A stretch of 64,000 bases of DNA, taken from Patescibacteria group bacterium UBA2135. Its GTDB lineage: Bacteria; Patescibacteriota; Minisyncoccia; Phycocordibacterales; UBA2135. Location of the stretch: NCBI GenBank assembly GCA_002327685.1, contig DCXN01000003.1, forward strand, positions 6,981 through 70,980, in the 5' to 3' direction. The notes under the pieces are model-generated. The model searched no databases. It was not told the origin of the DNA and worked only from the letters and a program-made list of their open reading frames with translations. The position numbers and the translations under genes are program-made. Position 1 is the first letter of the stretch. Every line of letters begins with the position of its first letter. Shown here piece by piece: positions 17,117 through 26,879 of this stretch.

Positions 17117-18427
17117 TTATTGCGAAAGCAAAGTTTGCAGTTGCGCCTGAAGTTCTTCTACTTGCTTCAAAGCGTCCTGAATACTCTGCTGAAGCACTGC
17201 GCGTTCTGCAGTCTCCCCGCTTGTTGCCGGAGTTGTCGGCACAACCGGAGCTGTTGGAGTGGTCGGCACAGTAGTACCGCTAAACACTTCCTGCAGTTTC
17301 GCCCGTGTCTTAGGACCAACATACCCATATCCCACATCTCCCGAGCTAGCAACACCATATTTCACTTGGAATTTCTGCACGGCCTTTTCAGTCAAAGAGC
17401 CAAAGAATTCTGTTTCACTGCCCGCCGAACCAACACCTGAAGCCGCAATACTCGTATCAGGATCAGAGTTCAGAAGTTGTTGAAGTCGTTTGATATTAGT
17501 AGATGACATACCGCGACTCATTCCTGTACTAAACACCGGAGAAACTACTGACGCAACTGGACTTGGCGTTGCAACAGATGGCGCCACTGGTGTTACTCCT
17601 GTTGAGAACACTGTGAACAATTTCGCCCGCGTTGCAGGACCAACAAGTCCGTATCCGGTTGTTTCTGGCGTACCAGATGAAGCAAGACCATATTTCGCTT
17701 GAAATTTCTTGACGGCCGCTTCAGTCAAAGAGCCATAATAATTTGTTTCTTTTCCTGGAGAACCAACACCTGAAGCCGCAATGCGCGTGTCAGGATCAGA
17801 GTTCAGAAGTTGTTGAAGTTGCTTAATGTCAGCAGATGACATTCCTTTCTTCATCGTGCTCGTAAAGACAGGAGCAACTGATATCACAACTGGCGTTACT
17901 GTTGGCGTAGTTGCAGTCGGAACTGCCACAGCTGTAGCAGCTGCAGTAGTTGCAGGAGGAGTATATCCTCCTCCTCCACCACCGCCGCCTCCTCCACCGC
18001 CAGAGACACCACCACCACCAGTATTACATGTACCAGAAGATGCTGGTGTGACCGTAACAGTTATCGTACCCGTTCCACTTGGCGGACCCTTCAGGATTAG
18101 GACAGAACTTGATGAGCCGCATTCAAAAGATTCCATTTGGGCAGCTGGGCTAACAGTAAACGTCCTTCGGTTGGTTGAAGTGATTGACATCCCAGAACCG
18201 GTTGGCATATCAACAGTAAAATTACCTGAATTTACCGTAATTGATTCTGCACCTGATTCCTTGACTGTAACAGTCTCGCCATTAGCAGTAATTTCTGTTC
18301 CTATATTGAGGAGCACAGTATCATACGCGGCAAATGTGAGAAGCGGCAGGAAAAGAAAGCTTACCAAGAATACTACGAGGGCATATAGCCACGATTTATC
18401 TGAATTGACTTGAGAATAAACTTTCAT
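17117..18427 (-). CDS. Secreted protein with two peptidoglycan-binding-like (PG_binding_1-type) repeats, a Gly-run and Thr/Pro-rich linkers
   Basis: Signal peptide. Two repeats of ...SSADIKQLQQLLNSDPDTRIAASGVGSPGKETNYYGSLTEAAVKKFQAKYGL.... A G14 tract. 436 aa. Confidence 0.6.
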   Translation of the reverse strand: MKVYSQVNSDKSWLYALVVFLVSFLFLPLLTFAAYDTVLLNIGTEITANGETVTVKESGAESITVNSGNFTVDMPTGSGMSITSTNRRTFTVSPAAQMESFECGSSSSVLILKGPPSGTGTITVTVTPASSGTCNTGGGGVSGGGGGGGGGGGGYTPPATTAAATAVAVPTATTPTVTPVVISVAPVFTSTMKKGMSSADIKQLQQLLNSDPDTRIAASGVGSPGKETNYYGSLTEAAVKKFQAKYGLASSGTPETTGYGLVGPATRAKLFTVFSTGVTPVAPSVATPSPVASVVSPVFSTGMSRGMSSTNIKRLQQLLNSDPDTSIAASGVGSAGSETEFFGSLTEKAVQKFQVKYGVASSGDVGYGYVGPKTRAKLQEVFSGTTVPTTPTAPVVPTTPATSGETAERAVLQQSIQDALKQVEELQAQLQTLLSQ

Positions 18428-18471
18428 GAGATTAATAAATGATTAATTAACAAAAGTAAACGATGGAAACT

Positions 18472-19665
18472 TTACGGAGTTTCACACAAACCTGCCTCTA
18501 TGACAAGGTCAAAGAAATTATCTGTTTGAGAAGCGGGGGTAGTGGTTGCATAGATCCTTACTACCGCACCGTCAGTTGTTCTCATTTGAATACAAGTTCC
18601 AGTATTTGCTGCCCCAGCGTGGAGGCGCAATGTCGTCGTTCCAACAGTACCACCGGCAGAAATGTCACCGTTTACCCCAAGTTTCGCGCCGATATCAGGA
18701 GTTGAGGTTCCTACACCAAGCATGCTACCAAAAGTATTACCACCAAGGGTTGTTGTCGCAAATGTGTCAGCAATTGAAACAGTTGTCGTCGCGTATCCCG
18801 CAACATCAAATGATAATCCTCTTACTGTAAACGCATTTGACGTCGTCGCGTTGCCAGTAATAATAATCGCATCTCCCACAGCATCACCGAGGGTAACCGC
18901 ACCATTTAACGTGGTGTTACCAGTAACGGTTAAAGTACCTTCTGTTTGAATATTACCTGTTGAACCTGAAGTAGTCGCGTATCCGGAAACAACAAGAGCA
19001 TCAGCGACAAGAGCAGTTGTTGACAGCATAGTGGTAGAGGCATTCCCTATTGTATCAATAGAAAACACTTCAGTTTGTAAATAATTGTACGCGTTCAAGA
19101 GATTCCCACCGTATGCACCCTTTCCCATAATGACAAGTGGCACAGATGCTGATGTTGTCGCGTTCACATGCAAAATTGCATTTCCACTATCAACTTCTGT
19201 AACAGGAAGAGTTGATGTTCCAAGCGCCATGTAGCCAGTTGCAATGGTATTAAACCGAACCCCCCTAGAAGCGCCGAGAACGAGTCCCTCGCTTGATGTG
19301 GTAGACGCAACAGTTCTCCAATCCACCCCATCATAAACTTTGATGACACGGTCATCGCTATCAAAGAAAATTGCGCCTGTTGCATCAGCCGTTGGATTTG
19401 CAGCTTGTGACAAAAGAGTAACCTGGTCATAGAAAAATGCCTTACCGGTTACAGCAAGAGTACTAGTTGCAAATACACTTCCAGCTGTTGTCACATCTCC
19501 GGTTAACGTTGATGCGCCGCTAACGGTTAACGTTCCGCCAGTGTTAATGTTTGTACTGATAGTTGTCGCACCATTTACCATTATTGCGACAAATGCAAAT
19601 GAAATAACGACCGCGAGTAATACTGAATAGAAATTTCTATTCGTTAATAATTTTCCCATACTCAT
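18472..19665 (-). CDS. Membrane-anchored Thr/Gly/Ser-rich repeat surface protein (beta-helix-like)
   Basis: N-terminal transmembrane segment, then low-complexity T/G/S/A-rich repeats. 397 aa. Confidence 0.5.
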   Translation of the reverse strand: MSMGKLLTNRNFYSVLLAVVISFAFVAIMVNGATTISTNINTGGTLTVSGASTLTGDVTTAGSVFATSTLAVTGKAFFYDQVTLLSQAANPTADATGAIFFDSDDRVIKVYDGVDWRTVASTTSSEGLVLGASRGVRFNTIATGYMALGTSTLPVTEVDSGNAILHVNATTSASVPLVIMGKGAYGGNLLNAYNYLQTEVFSIDTIGNASTTMLSTTALVADALVVSGYATTSGSTGNIQTEGTLTVTGNTTLNGAVTLGDAVGDAIIITGNATTSNAFTVRGLSFDVAGYATTTVSIADTFATTTLGGNTFGSMLGVGTSTPDIGAKLGVNGDISAGGTVGTTTLRLHAGAANTGTCIQMRTTDGAVVRIYATTTPASQTDNFFDLVIEAGLCETP

Positions 19666-19867
19666 AATGTAACTTTTGAACGCCCAGAAGCGTTCTTAAT
19701 ATTAGAAAGCTAATAATAACTAATAAAAAAGACCTTTAAATTAAGTGACCAATTACTACAGTAAGGAACGCACATATCTTTTAAAAAAGATATACGCACA
19801 GATTACTTCTCATTATTATATAATCTTACTGTAAAGACTCCTAAAAAAACACTGTGGATAACTTCCA

Positions 19868-20065
19868 AAAATTAGGGAGTCCTCCGACCCGAGTCGGAGG
19901 ATGACCATAATTTTTGCGAACCCCCACACCTTTCAAACCGTTGTTTTGCGAAGCAATATCACTATAATTTGAAAAACCAACTTCGTGAGCTATTTTGGCA
20001 CAGAGCGTTTTTTAACAGCAAAACGAAAGCTACGGTTTGAAAGGTGTGGGGGTAATAAAAACATA
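19868..20065 (+). ncRNA. Candidate structured small RNA or MITE-like element with a 21-bp perfect inverted repeat
   Basis: CCTCCGAC-CCGA-GTCGGAGG hairpin, then AACCCCCACACCTTTCAAACCG ... CGGTTTGAAAGGTGTGGGGG enclosing ~95 nt with nested stems. No ORF. A TATAAT-like box at 19819-19824 upstream and a bidirectional terminator at 20118-20152 downstream. Confidence 0.3.
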
Positions 20066-20117
20066 GCCGCTTCACTCCTTATCTTTATTAGCTTTCGTGC
20101 TTTCTACTCATAGCAAA

Positions 20118-20152
20118 AGCACCCCGCCTTACACAGGCGGGGTGCTTTTGTA
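20118..20152. terminator. Bidirectional rho-independent terminator
   Basis: GCACCCCGCC-TTACACA-GGCGGGGTGC flanked by an A-run and a T-run. Lies downstream of the 20165-20869 gene on the minus strand. Confidence 0.65.
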
Positions 20153-20164
20153 AAAGTCTAAACG

Positions 20165-20869
20165 TCAATGGTCAATGGTTGCGCGTAGCGCAGCTTTAAG
20201 CATTTCATCATCCGGAATCTCTGAAATCCCTTTTTCAAGTATACTCTTCGCTTTTTCAGTGCTATCCATCACTTCCACATAAAAATCAGCTATTTGCACA
20301 TAAAGATACGGCAATTTTGGGTCATTTTCAAGCGCTTTCAGGTAGTTTTCCTCCGCAAGAACCGGATTTTGAAGATAATAACCATACAAAACACCTAGAT
20401 TGCCAAACGATAGTGAGTTTTGTGGCCGTATAGCACCTGCGTATTCCCAAACTTGCCGCGCTCCTTCGTAATCTTCAATAGATTTGCGCAAAAGACCCAA
20501 ACCAAGCCATTGATTAAACAAATCAGCGTCTTGCCTCAAAAGTGCAATAATATTCTCTATTTTGTTGGTTATTTCCTCTTTCTGCTCCAAAGAATATGAA
20601 TCTGGGATAATGATCCCCCCATCTAAATCTGGTATGTTAGGCAAAATAACCGCATCGCCTCCATCTTCCGCCCCCACTTCAACAATTTCCACCACTGCAT
20701 CTTCCACTTCTTCCACTAACGTGTTAACAGGTTGCTCTTCAGATAATACTGACGTAGCAACAAAGTCATCTCTCACCATCAGGTCAGTATATATAAAGTA
20801 GCCAATAAAACCTCCTAAAGTAAGCACAATAAGTGCTATAAATATGTTGTTTTTGTTCATGTTAAACAT
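20165..20869 (-). CDS. Membrane-anchored TPR-repeat protein
   Basis: N-terminal transmembrane segment (NIFIALIVLTLGGFIGYFIY), acidic linker, TPR-like repeats. Start placed at the internal Met at 20869 because the 5' extension runs into REP copy 10. Confidence 0.55.
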   Translation of the reverse strand: MFNMNKNNIFIALIVLTLGGFIGYFIYTDLMVRDDFVATSVLSEEQPVNTLVEEVEDAVVEIVEVGAEDGGDAVILPNIPDLDGGIIIPDSYSLEQKEEITNKIENIIALLRQDADLFNQWLGLGLLRKSIEDYEGARQVWEYAGAIRPQNSLSFGNLGVLYGYYLQNPVLAEENYLKALENDPKLPYLYVQIADFYVEVMDSTEKAKSILEKGISEIPDDEMLKAALRATIDH

Positions 20870-20909
20870 ATTATACCTAACAAATTGATTTACGCAACAC
20901 TCATACTCA

Positions 20910-20950
20910 CCCCGCAAGGCCCGGCCTTACATGGGGATAACCTGTGGATA
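20910..20950. repeat. REP-like element, family 1 (copy 10, left arm plus centre only)
   Basis: CCCCGCAAGGCCCGGCCTTACATGGGGATAACCTGTGGATAG. Confidence 0.65.
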
Positions 20951-21105
20951 GTGCCCGGTCTTCGCATTGCTTCGCGTCCCTAGGCAACTTCGTGCCGGGA
21001 TCCCGGCGGTAATGCCGTCTAGGGATTACCATTCGCATCATTTCGCATGGTATATTCGCACCGATTCGCATTACCCGTTCACGTTCTTGCGCTTATCATA
21101 AATAC
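20951..21105. other. GC-rich structured non-coding segment with palindromes and spaced TTCGCA(T) repeats
   Basis: GCCGGGATCCCGGC palindrome, TCCCTAG...CTAGGGA inverted repeat, and five (A/T)TTCGCA(T/C) motifs at roughly 10-bp spacing. About 55% GC in a ~40% GC context. Confidence 0.4.
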
Positions 21106-21107
21106 AC

Positions 21108-21138
21108 ACAAAAAATCCCCCGTGAGGGGGATTTTTTG
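21108..21138. terminator. Bidirectional rho-independent terminator for the 21199-24822 gene
   Basis: AAAAAATCCCCCGTGAGGGGGATTTTTTG. Confidence 0.75.
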
Positions 21139-21198
21139 TGACTCTCCACATCATCTCTTTAGATAAGAGGTGGATCACAAGATAGCCATTTTTAGATT

Positions 21199-24100
21199 TT
21201 AGTGAATAAAGACTCTGTTTGGCAAATCTTGACCAACTGTTGGGAATCCAGGAAGTCCGTAACTGTTTGTCCAGTCAGTCGTCTGATTTGAAGCCGCTGC
21301 TGCTGAAATTGTCGTCGTTGAGTTCGGAGACCATACAAATCGGTCAGTCGTTGACGCACTGTTAAGCACATCATCAACACAACTCATGTGATTATCGTTA
21401 TTGAACCAACATGTCTCTCCTACTCCTGAAGGCTCAGCAGTGTCAGTAAGCAACCTAATACTTAACGTTTCAGTGCTACCCGAAGTAAGTGTAGTTATTG
21501 TGTCTGCGCGCAATGCATATGTCTTTGAAGTTCCTGCTTGAACGATTCGGTCTGGGGCAGTCGGATCAAAGATAATCTTCAATTTCTCCTGCGCGCCAGC
21601 ACCGGCTATAGCCGAAGTTGATGTTGCTACAGTCGTTCCGTTTAAGCTTCCTGATGGGCCGCGAAGTTGGAATCCAGAAATCCCAGACAATCCAACAACG
21701 CCCACGTTAAATGACATTGAGTGCAATGTCACGTCACGCCCCGAAGCAGCAGTTAGCTTAACTTTGTAGAGGTCTGTTCCTGCAGAAAGAGCAGTAGTAG
21801 TGGTAACGTCTTCAATAGTAATCAAGCCGCGGTAAATCTTCGTTGCATTTGACGCTGTATCACTGCTTGAGCCACTAATTGTTACCCCTGAATCAGCGCC
21901 GGTCGCGTAGTTACCATTAAGACCATTGTTGCTTCCGTCATAGTCAACCGAGATTACTGCGCCGAACGCGCCTACAGAGCTGTTTGTGTCTTGCGGTGTA
22001 AAGTCACCCTTAACCGTCAACACAACAGACTCAGATTTCGGAACATGAACCGCAGTCGACAGTGTTGATGTCGCATAGTCAAGGTTCGTGCCCAAACCAA
22101 ATTGTCCTTCACCAACCTTGGTACTTCCCTTCCAGATTGACACTTTTTGGTTAAGGAGGTCATTTGTCGTGTTAGATGCAGTGTTGCCTAACTGAAGCGC
22201 GATTCCTTTAATGTCAATGTCTTCCTGTGCACCCGCGTCAAATCTGTATTTCGCCAAGACAACATCTGTTGCTCCGGCTTGCGCCGCTTTGAAGAGAACT
22301 GACGTGTCGTTTGCAACCGTGTATGAACCACTTGCGGCCGCAGTCATCACCTGACCATTCGCGTCAGTAAATGACTCATTAATTGTCTGGCCAGATGTAA
22401 CTCCTGATGCACCAGTGTACGATGCGTCGCCATCAATACCCCACCAATACAGCGCAGTAACACCAGTCTTGATGTTACATCGGAGAGACAGTGTCTTTGA
22501 AGTTCCCTTTGGAAGGACAAGGCCTGTCCCATCAAATGTAATTGTTGTTGAAGACGCTGTGCCATCCGTTGCCGGGTTTTTCACATTTGAACCAGTTGTC
22601 AATGATGTTGCATTTGTCGCAGTACCATCATAGAGCTGACAGTTGGTAAGGTCAGTTCGCGTACCACTTGTGGAATAATACAGCGGAATAGTGGTAACTC
22701 TAATGTCCTCACCTGACTGCGTTACATCAAAGATGTAGCGAGCAAATTCAAACTGTGTTGCTCCCGCAATAACAGTTCGCGCAGTCGGCTGTGCTGAAAC
22801 AGATACCGCAAACGTTCCGGCTTTCACTGTCTGTGATGAACCAGATACCGCCGATGCCGGCGCCGGTGTAATTGTATTTCCGGTTACCTGTCCGGTTACT
22901 GTGGTGAAGTCTGAACTTGGTGTCGTTGATGCCGCGATTGTATTATCAGACACGAAATCGGTGCCCAACTTTGCCTTCAAGATTGCATTAGTAACACCAA
23001 CTGGGAATGTCACAGTATCGGTAAGTGTTATTGTCCCGTTATTTGCAGTTGCTCCTGCGCCATCTACTGGTCCTGCAAGCACCGAGCCATTTTCGTCAAC
23101 CAAAGTGACATTTGTAACATCCGCCAATCCAAGTGCAGCTGCGCTACCTGTCAAGGTGACGTTAAACGCCATGGACGCAACTGAAATTGGTTCACCCTTT
23201 ACGTCAATGGTAAACCCTGCAATTGGCTGGTCACTCAAGTTTATCGCTACGTTTTGCGCGGGTACTCCCACAGTCCATGAAGATACGTTCAAGGTTCCTG
23301 CAGAAATAGTAACCTGTGCCGCGTCGTAATATGGATTGTTCGAGTTGTTCACGTCAGCGCCATCTGCTGCTGCTGCTGTTCCATCAAATGGTAGTAGGAC
23401 ACCGAATCCATAAGTATTTCCAACCAAATGAATGTCAGTACGCCGTTCAACATCAAAGTCAACTGTTCGATTTGACCCATCAATAAGGTCAGCTCTCACA
23501 GAAACATCCTTTGAAAATCCTTTCTTAATCTCTAAGCCGCCATCAGGGAAGACGGTTGTGTGGAACCGTCCATTTATGACAGTCGGATACTCCACTCCAT
23601 CAAGCAGTGTAACGATATTTGTAAGATCGTCACCTGTTGCTGAACCAGATTGGTACCACCTGATTGACCTAAGAGTTAAGTCTTCGGCTGATCCTGCAGT
23701 TAACTTAACACCTGAGAATATGTAGTTGGTAACGCCAACCTCTTTGGTCTGATTCGCGCCAGGATCAAGTGCACCACGCTGTATCGTAACCGATCCAATG
23801 GAAAGCGATGAGTTCACCGTGTGATTCGCACCAGCAATTGGAAGTGTTCCATAAACTGTTGCCGCGGTATTGACCGCAATGACTGCAAGTGCTGGAACTT
23901 CTCCCGCCTCACCTGAAAGGTTTGAAGCAGTATCCATGTTTCCACCAATGATCACTGTTTTTGTTGTCCCCGCGGGAATAGTGAAGTCTACTCCAATAGT
24001 TGCTTGATGAGATGAATTCAGTGTTTTTTCAATACCGATCAACGTTCCATCATCATTCATAAGGACAATACCGACGAATGAAGTGTCAGAAGCAATGCCC

Positions 24101-24822
24101 CGCCGCTCAACAACCAAACTGTTGACGACAACATCGCCGTCAGCGCTTGCGGTCAAGTCAACTTTGGTAAACGGCACTCGTGTTGCGCTTCCCGGCGCAA
24201 GTGAGTTTGCCGGCTGATTTGCTGACGCAGAAACCGTCAAGCCGCTACCAAGTGGTACAACCACTGGTGTAGTCGGCGTTGTAGGTGTCGTTGGCGTTGT
24301 AGGCGTAGCAACCGCTACAGAACAAAGATCATTTGCTTTCGCGCGTGACATTGTTCCGAAGTATCCGGTACCTGCCGAAAGGCCAATAGGTGTCAGAACT
24401 TCTGAAGCATACTTGTTCTGCCATTTTACAACTCCAGTTTTGGTGATTGAACCAAAGTATGATGTTTCATTTCCTGGAGATCCAGCTCCACTTGAACCAA
24501 GCGAGGTCGTAGAATCTGAATTCAAGAACTGTTGAAGTTTCATAACATCATCTCCAGAGCTACCAGATGTCAGACTGCGAGTCCATGTGTACGGACACAC
24601 ACCCGCACCGACTGTTGCTGTTGTGCCTCCTCCGATTGAAGTAATCTGCGCTTGCAGTGCCGCAATCGTATCAAGCAAACTTTGAATTTGTGCTTGAAGT
24701 GATTCAACGGTTTGTGCTGATGCTTTACCTGGTGCCACCGCTACGAAAGCAGTTGCAAAAAGCAAAACCGCAATAACCAAACCGATGATTTTGACAGTTT
24801 TAGATGAAATAATAGTACTCAT
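21199..24822 (-). CDS. Giant secreted/surface protein (1207 aa) with a PG-binding-like domain and many Ig-like beta-repeat domains
   Basis: Signal peptide. Coiled coil LQAQIQSLLDTIAALQAQI. PG-binding-like SGDDVMKLQQFLNSDSTTSLGSSGAGSPGNETSYFGSITK. TPTTPTTP linker. Long Thr/Ser/Gly/Val-rich repeats. Confidence 0.7.
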   Translation of the reverse strand: MSTIISSKTVKIIGLVIAVLLFATAFVAVAPGKASAQTVESLQAQIQSLLDTIAALQAQITSIGGGTTATVGAGVCPYTWTRSLTSGSSGDDVMKLQQFLNSDSTTSLGSSGAGSPGNETSYFGSITKTGVVKWQNKYASEVLTPIGLSAGTGYFGTMSRAKANDLCSVAVATPTTPTTPTTPTTPVVVPLGSGLTVSASANQPANSLAPGSATRVPFTKVDLTASADGDVVVNSLVVERRGIASDTSFVGIVLMNDDGTLIGIEKTLNSSHQATIGVDFTIPAGTTKTVIIGGNMDTASNLSGEAGEVPALAVIAVNTAATVYGTLPIAGANHTVNSSLSIGSVTIQRGALDPGANQTKEVGVTNYIFSGVKLTAGSAEDLTLRSIRWYQSGSATGDDLTNIVTLLDGVEYPTVINGRFHTTVFPDGGLEIKKGFSKDVSVRADLIDGSNRTVDFDVERRTDIHLVGNTYGFGVLLPFDGTAAAADGADVNNSNNPYYDAAQVTISAGTLNVSSWTVGVPAQNVAINLSDQPIAGFTIDVKGEPISVASMAFNVTLTGSAAALGLADVTNVTLVDENGSVLAGPVDGAGATANNGTITLTDTVTFPVGVTNAILKAKLGTDFVSDNTIAASTTPSSDFTTVTGQVTGNTITPAPASAVSGSSQTVKAGTFAVSVSAQPTARTVIAGATQFEFARYIFDVTQSGEDIRVTTIPLYYSTSGTRTDLTNCQLYDGTATNATSLTTGSNVKNPATDGTASSTTITFDGTGLVLPKGTSKTLSLRCNIKTGVTALYWWGIDGDASYTGASGVTSGQTINESFTDANGQVMTAAASGSYTVANDTSVLFKAAQAGATDVVLAKYRFDAGAQEDIDIKGIALQLGNTASNTTNDLLNQKVSIWKGSTKVGEGQFGLGTNLDYATSTLSTAVHVPKSESVVLTVKGDFTPQDTNSSVGAFGAVISVDYDGSNNGLNGNYATGADSGVTISGSSSDTASNATKIYRGLITIEDVTTTTALSAGTDLYKVKLTAASGRDVTLHSMSFNVGVVGLSGISGFQLRGPSGSLNGTTVATSTSAIAGAGAQEKLKIIFDPTAPDRIVQAGTSKTYALRADTITTLTSGSTETLSIRLLTDTAEPSGVGETCWFNNDNHMSCVDDVLNSASTTDRFVWSPNSTTTISAAAASNQTTDWTNSYGLPGFPTVGQDLPNRVFIH

Positions 24823-25829
24823 AGTTTAAGTTGTTTACACATATTACTCAGATTACTTAGTTTAGAGTGATATATGTTTAATACAATTTTTTACTAACAA
24901 TAAATTAGCTGATAAAGGGTTTCGAGACATGCTCTAACCCCGCGAATAAACTTGTGAACAAATTCAGTGTTCACAGCAAGATAATAAATTTAAAGTGTGA
25001 GTTGTGTAAAATGCGAATGAACATTTTACAACATTTGCACTCTACACAACTCACACAACGATATGTATTTCCACTTCGATCACCGCACACAATAAATGAT
25101 TGGCAATTATAAGCGACGTAGAGCGAGCGCAATCTAAAAGACGAAACGAAGTGGAGTTTTTCAGATTGCCAAGCCGAGGAGCTTATACAAGACGAAGTGC
25201 TTTTATTTTCGACTATTTTCGACCTTTGCTATTTCTCTGTTTTTGAGTGGCAACATACCACTCGACCATTCATTAATTTTAATTTCAGATTTAAGATTTC
25301 AGATTAAATTAAATAAATTTGCAATTTAAAACTTGCAATTATTTTAATTTCTTTTCATTCGGTATCTTTATTTAATTGTCAAAGTGCGCGTACCTATTCT
25401 TTCAATCTTCAAGTATCTTAATTCATTCTACTCACACTCCTATTTCAACCAACCCCAAAAGGGTTACAAGTTACAGAAACTACAGAAAAAATCAGCGCGT
25501 ATTTTTCGCATCAATACTTTTCCATTTCCTACACATTATTATAATACGAATACAATAATGCACAATAATGTTGTACAAAAAAACTGTGGATAACTTCACC
25601 ATTTTTTCGCAACAACTAGTAAGTTATATTACCTCAAAATAAAGGAAAAATACCTTGAAATTATATAGATTTGTGGGATAATTAATTTCAGATTTATGAT
25701 TTAAGATTTATGATTTTGGGAATTTTAGATTTACGATTTTCGATATATGATTTATGCCTTGCGTGATGTTTTACGCGTCGCTACCATTTTCGTCTTTGTT
25801 CGTAAATCTTATATCATATATCTTAAATC
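24823..25829. promoter_or_regulatory. About 1-kb ORF-poor AT-rich upstream region of the giant surface protein gene, with inverted and tandem repeats
   Basis: TTGTGAACA-N7-TGTTCACAG palindrome near 24957-24982. GTGTGAGTTGTGTAAAATG...CATTTTACAACATTTGCACTCTACACAACTCACAC inverted repeat near 24996-25060. AGATTTATGATTT-like tandem repeats at 25680-25760. ATTTCAGATTT repeats near 25290-25320. Confidence 0.4.
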
Positions 25830-26654
25830 TTAAATCAGCGTATACCTACTCCACCGTCTCTCCCCTATACGACTCACTTTCCCTAAGCGTATCAAAGACA
25901 TAAGTTCCCGCTGAATTGTCTTTTCACTACATTCAGAAATAATTTCAGAAATGTCTTTTATATTCGCCTCACCTCTCGTGCGAATTACTTTTAAAATCAT
26001 ATCCCGACGCACTCCCTTTTTCCCTGTCAATGACACATTGTCACTGTTATTGCTGGGGCTCTGCGAGCAAGACACCTTCTCACGATTAGTCCCCTGTTCA
26101 GTATCATAAAGGACATTTCCATCTGCTTTTTGTCCTTTATGATATTGTCTTTTATTTTGTCCTTTATCTAGAGTGTTTGATACCTCGAAAAGATCTTTTG
26201 AAAGAAAAAAGTTGTCAACAATACTTTGGGTTGATAATTGCGCGTGCAGTATGTCATACAATGTACTGTATTCTGACTGCAAAATTGAATAATTCATACG
26301 AGAAATAAGACGTATAGATAGACCTAGCCTCAAAAGAGACATCGTTTCTGAAAGAATAGGAAGTATATCTACAATAATATGTTCTTTTTTGGTTGCAGAA
26401 GAAGCGCTGGAAAAAAGTGTTATAAGAGACAAAAAATGAACAGCTTTCTCTCTAATCTCCCATTTAAATGGTTCTTTAAAATTCAAAAAGTCAGTAATCA
26501 TATAAAGCGCTGTGGTTAATTTTTCTGCCTTTTTCGCCACAAACAACATTTGTTCGTTATATTGTATTAAACCAAGCCTTGATATGCCTTGTTTGTCATT
26601 ATTGTGATATCTCTGCTTCTGGTTGTCTTTTTGATGTCTTTCATTTGAATACAT
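25830..26654 (-). CDS. Putative transcriptional regulator with a C-terminal winged-HTH
   Basis: C-terminus ...ILKVIRTRGEANIKDISEIISECSEKTIQRELMSLIRLGKVSRIGERRWSRY is DeoR/GntR-like wHTH. 274 aa. Confidence 0.45.
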   Translation of the reverse strand: MYSNERHQKDNQKQRYHNNDKQGISRLGLIQYNEQMLFVAKKAEKLTTALYMITDFLNFKEPFKWEIREKAVHFLSLITLFSSASSATKKEHIIVDILPILSETMSLLRLGLSIRLISRMNYSILQSEYSTLYDILHAQLSTQSIVDNFFLSKDLFEVSNTLDKGQNKRQYHKGQKADGNVLYDTEQGTNREKVSCSQSPSNNSDNVSLTGKKGVRRDMILKVIRTRGEANIKDISEIISECSEKTIQRELMSLIRLGKVSRIGERRWSRYTLI

Positions 26655-26879
26655 AGAATTGTCCTAAAGAGAAGAAGGATAATGTAGTGTCCGTTATTCT
26701 GTATTATATAAAAGACATGCATCGTGCATAGTTTACAGTCGCGAAGTTATAGGTTGTAGGAAGTAATACATTTGACCTTTGACAATTGACTCGACGAATA
26801 AGTCACGGGTTAAATGTCAAATGTTGGTAATATGTTATGATTAAATAAAATAACGAACGAAGTGAGTATATTTTGTTAA

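Noticed and set aside
236-20950. Possibility that the recurring GC-rich palindromic repeats are a CRISPR array
   Set aside because: Copies are kilobases apart in separate intergenic gaps, not in a regular repeat-spacer array. Their structure, two inverted arms around a centre, is REP/MITE-like, and no cas genes are present.
24823-25829. Chromosomal origin of replication (DnaA-box-like CTGTGGATAACTTC in an AT-rich 1-kb region)
   Set aside because: Only one or two DnaA-box-like 9-mers are present, there is no dnaA or dnaN nearby, and the same 14-mer recurs at 19851 in an unrelated context.
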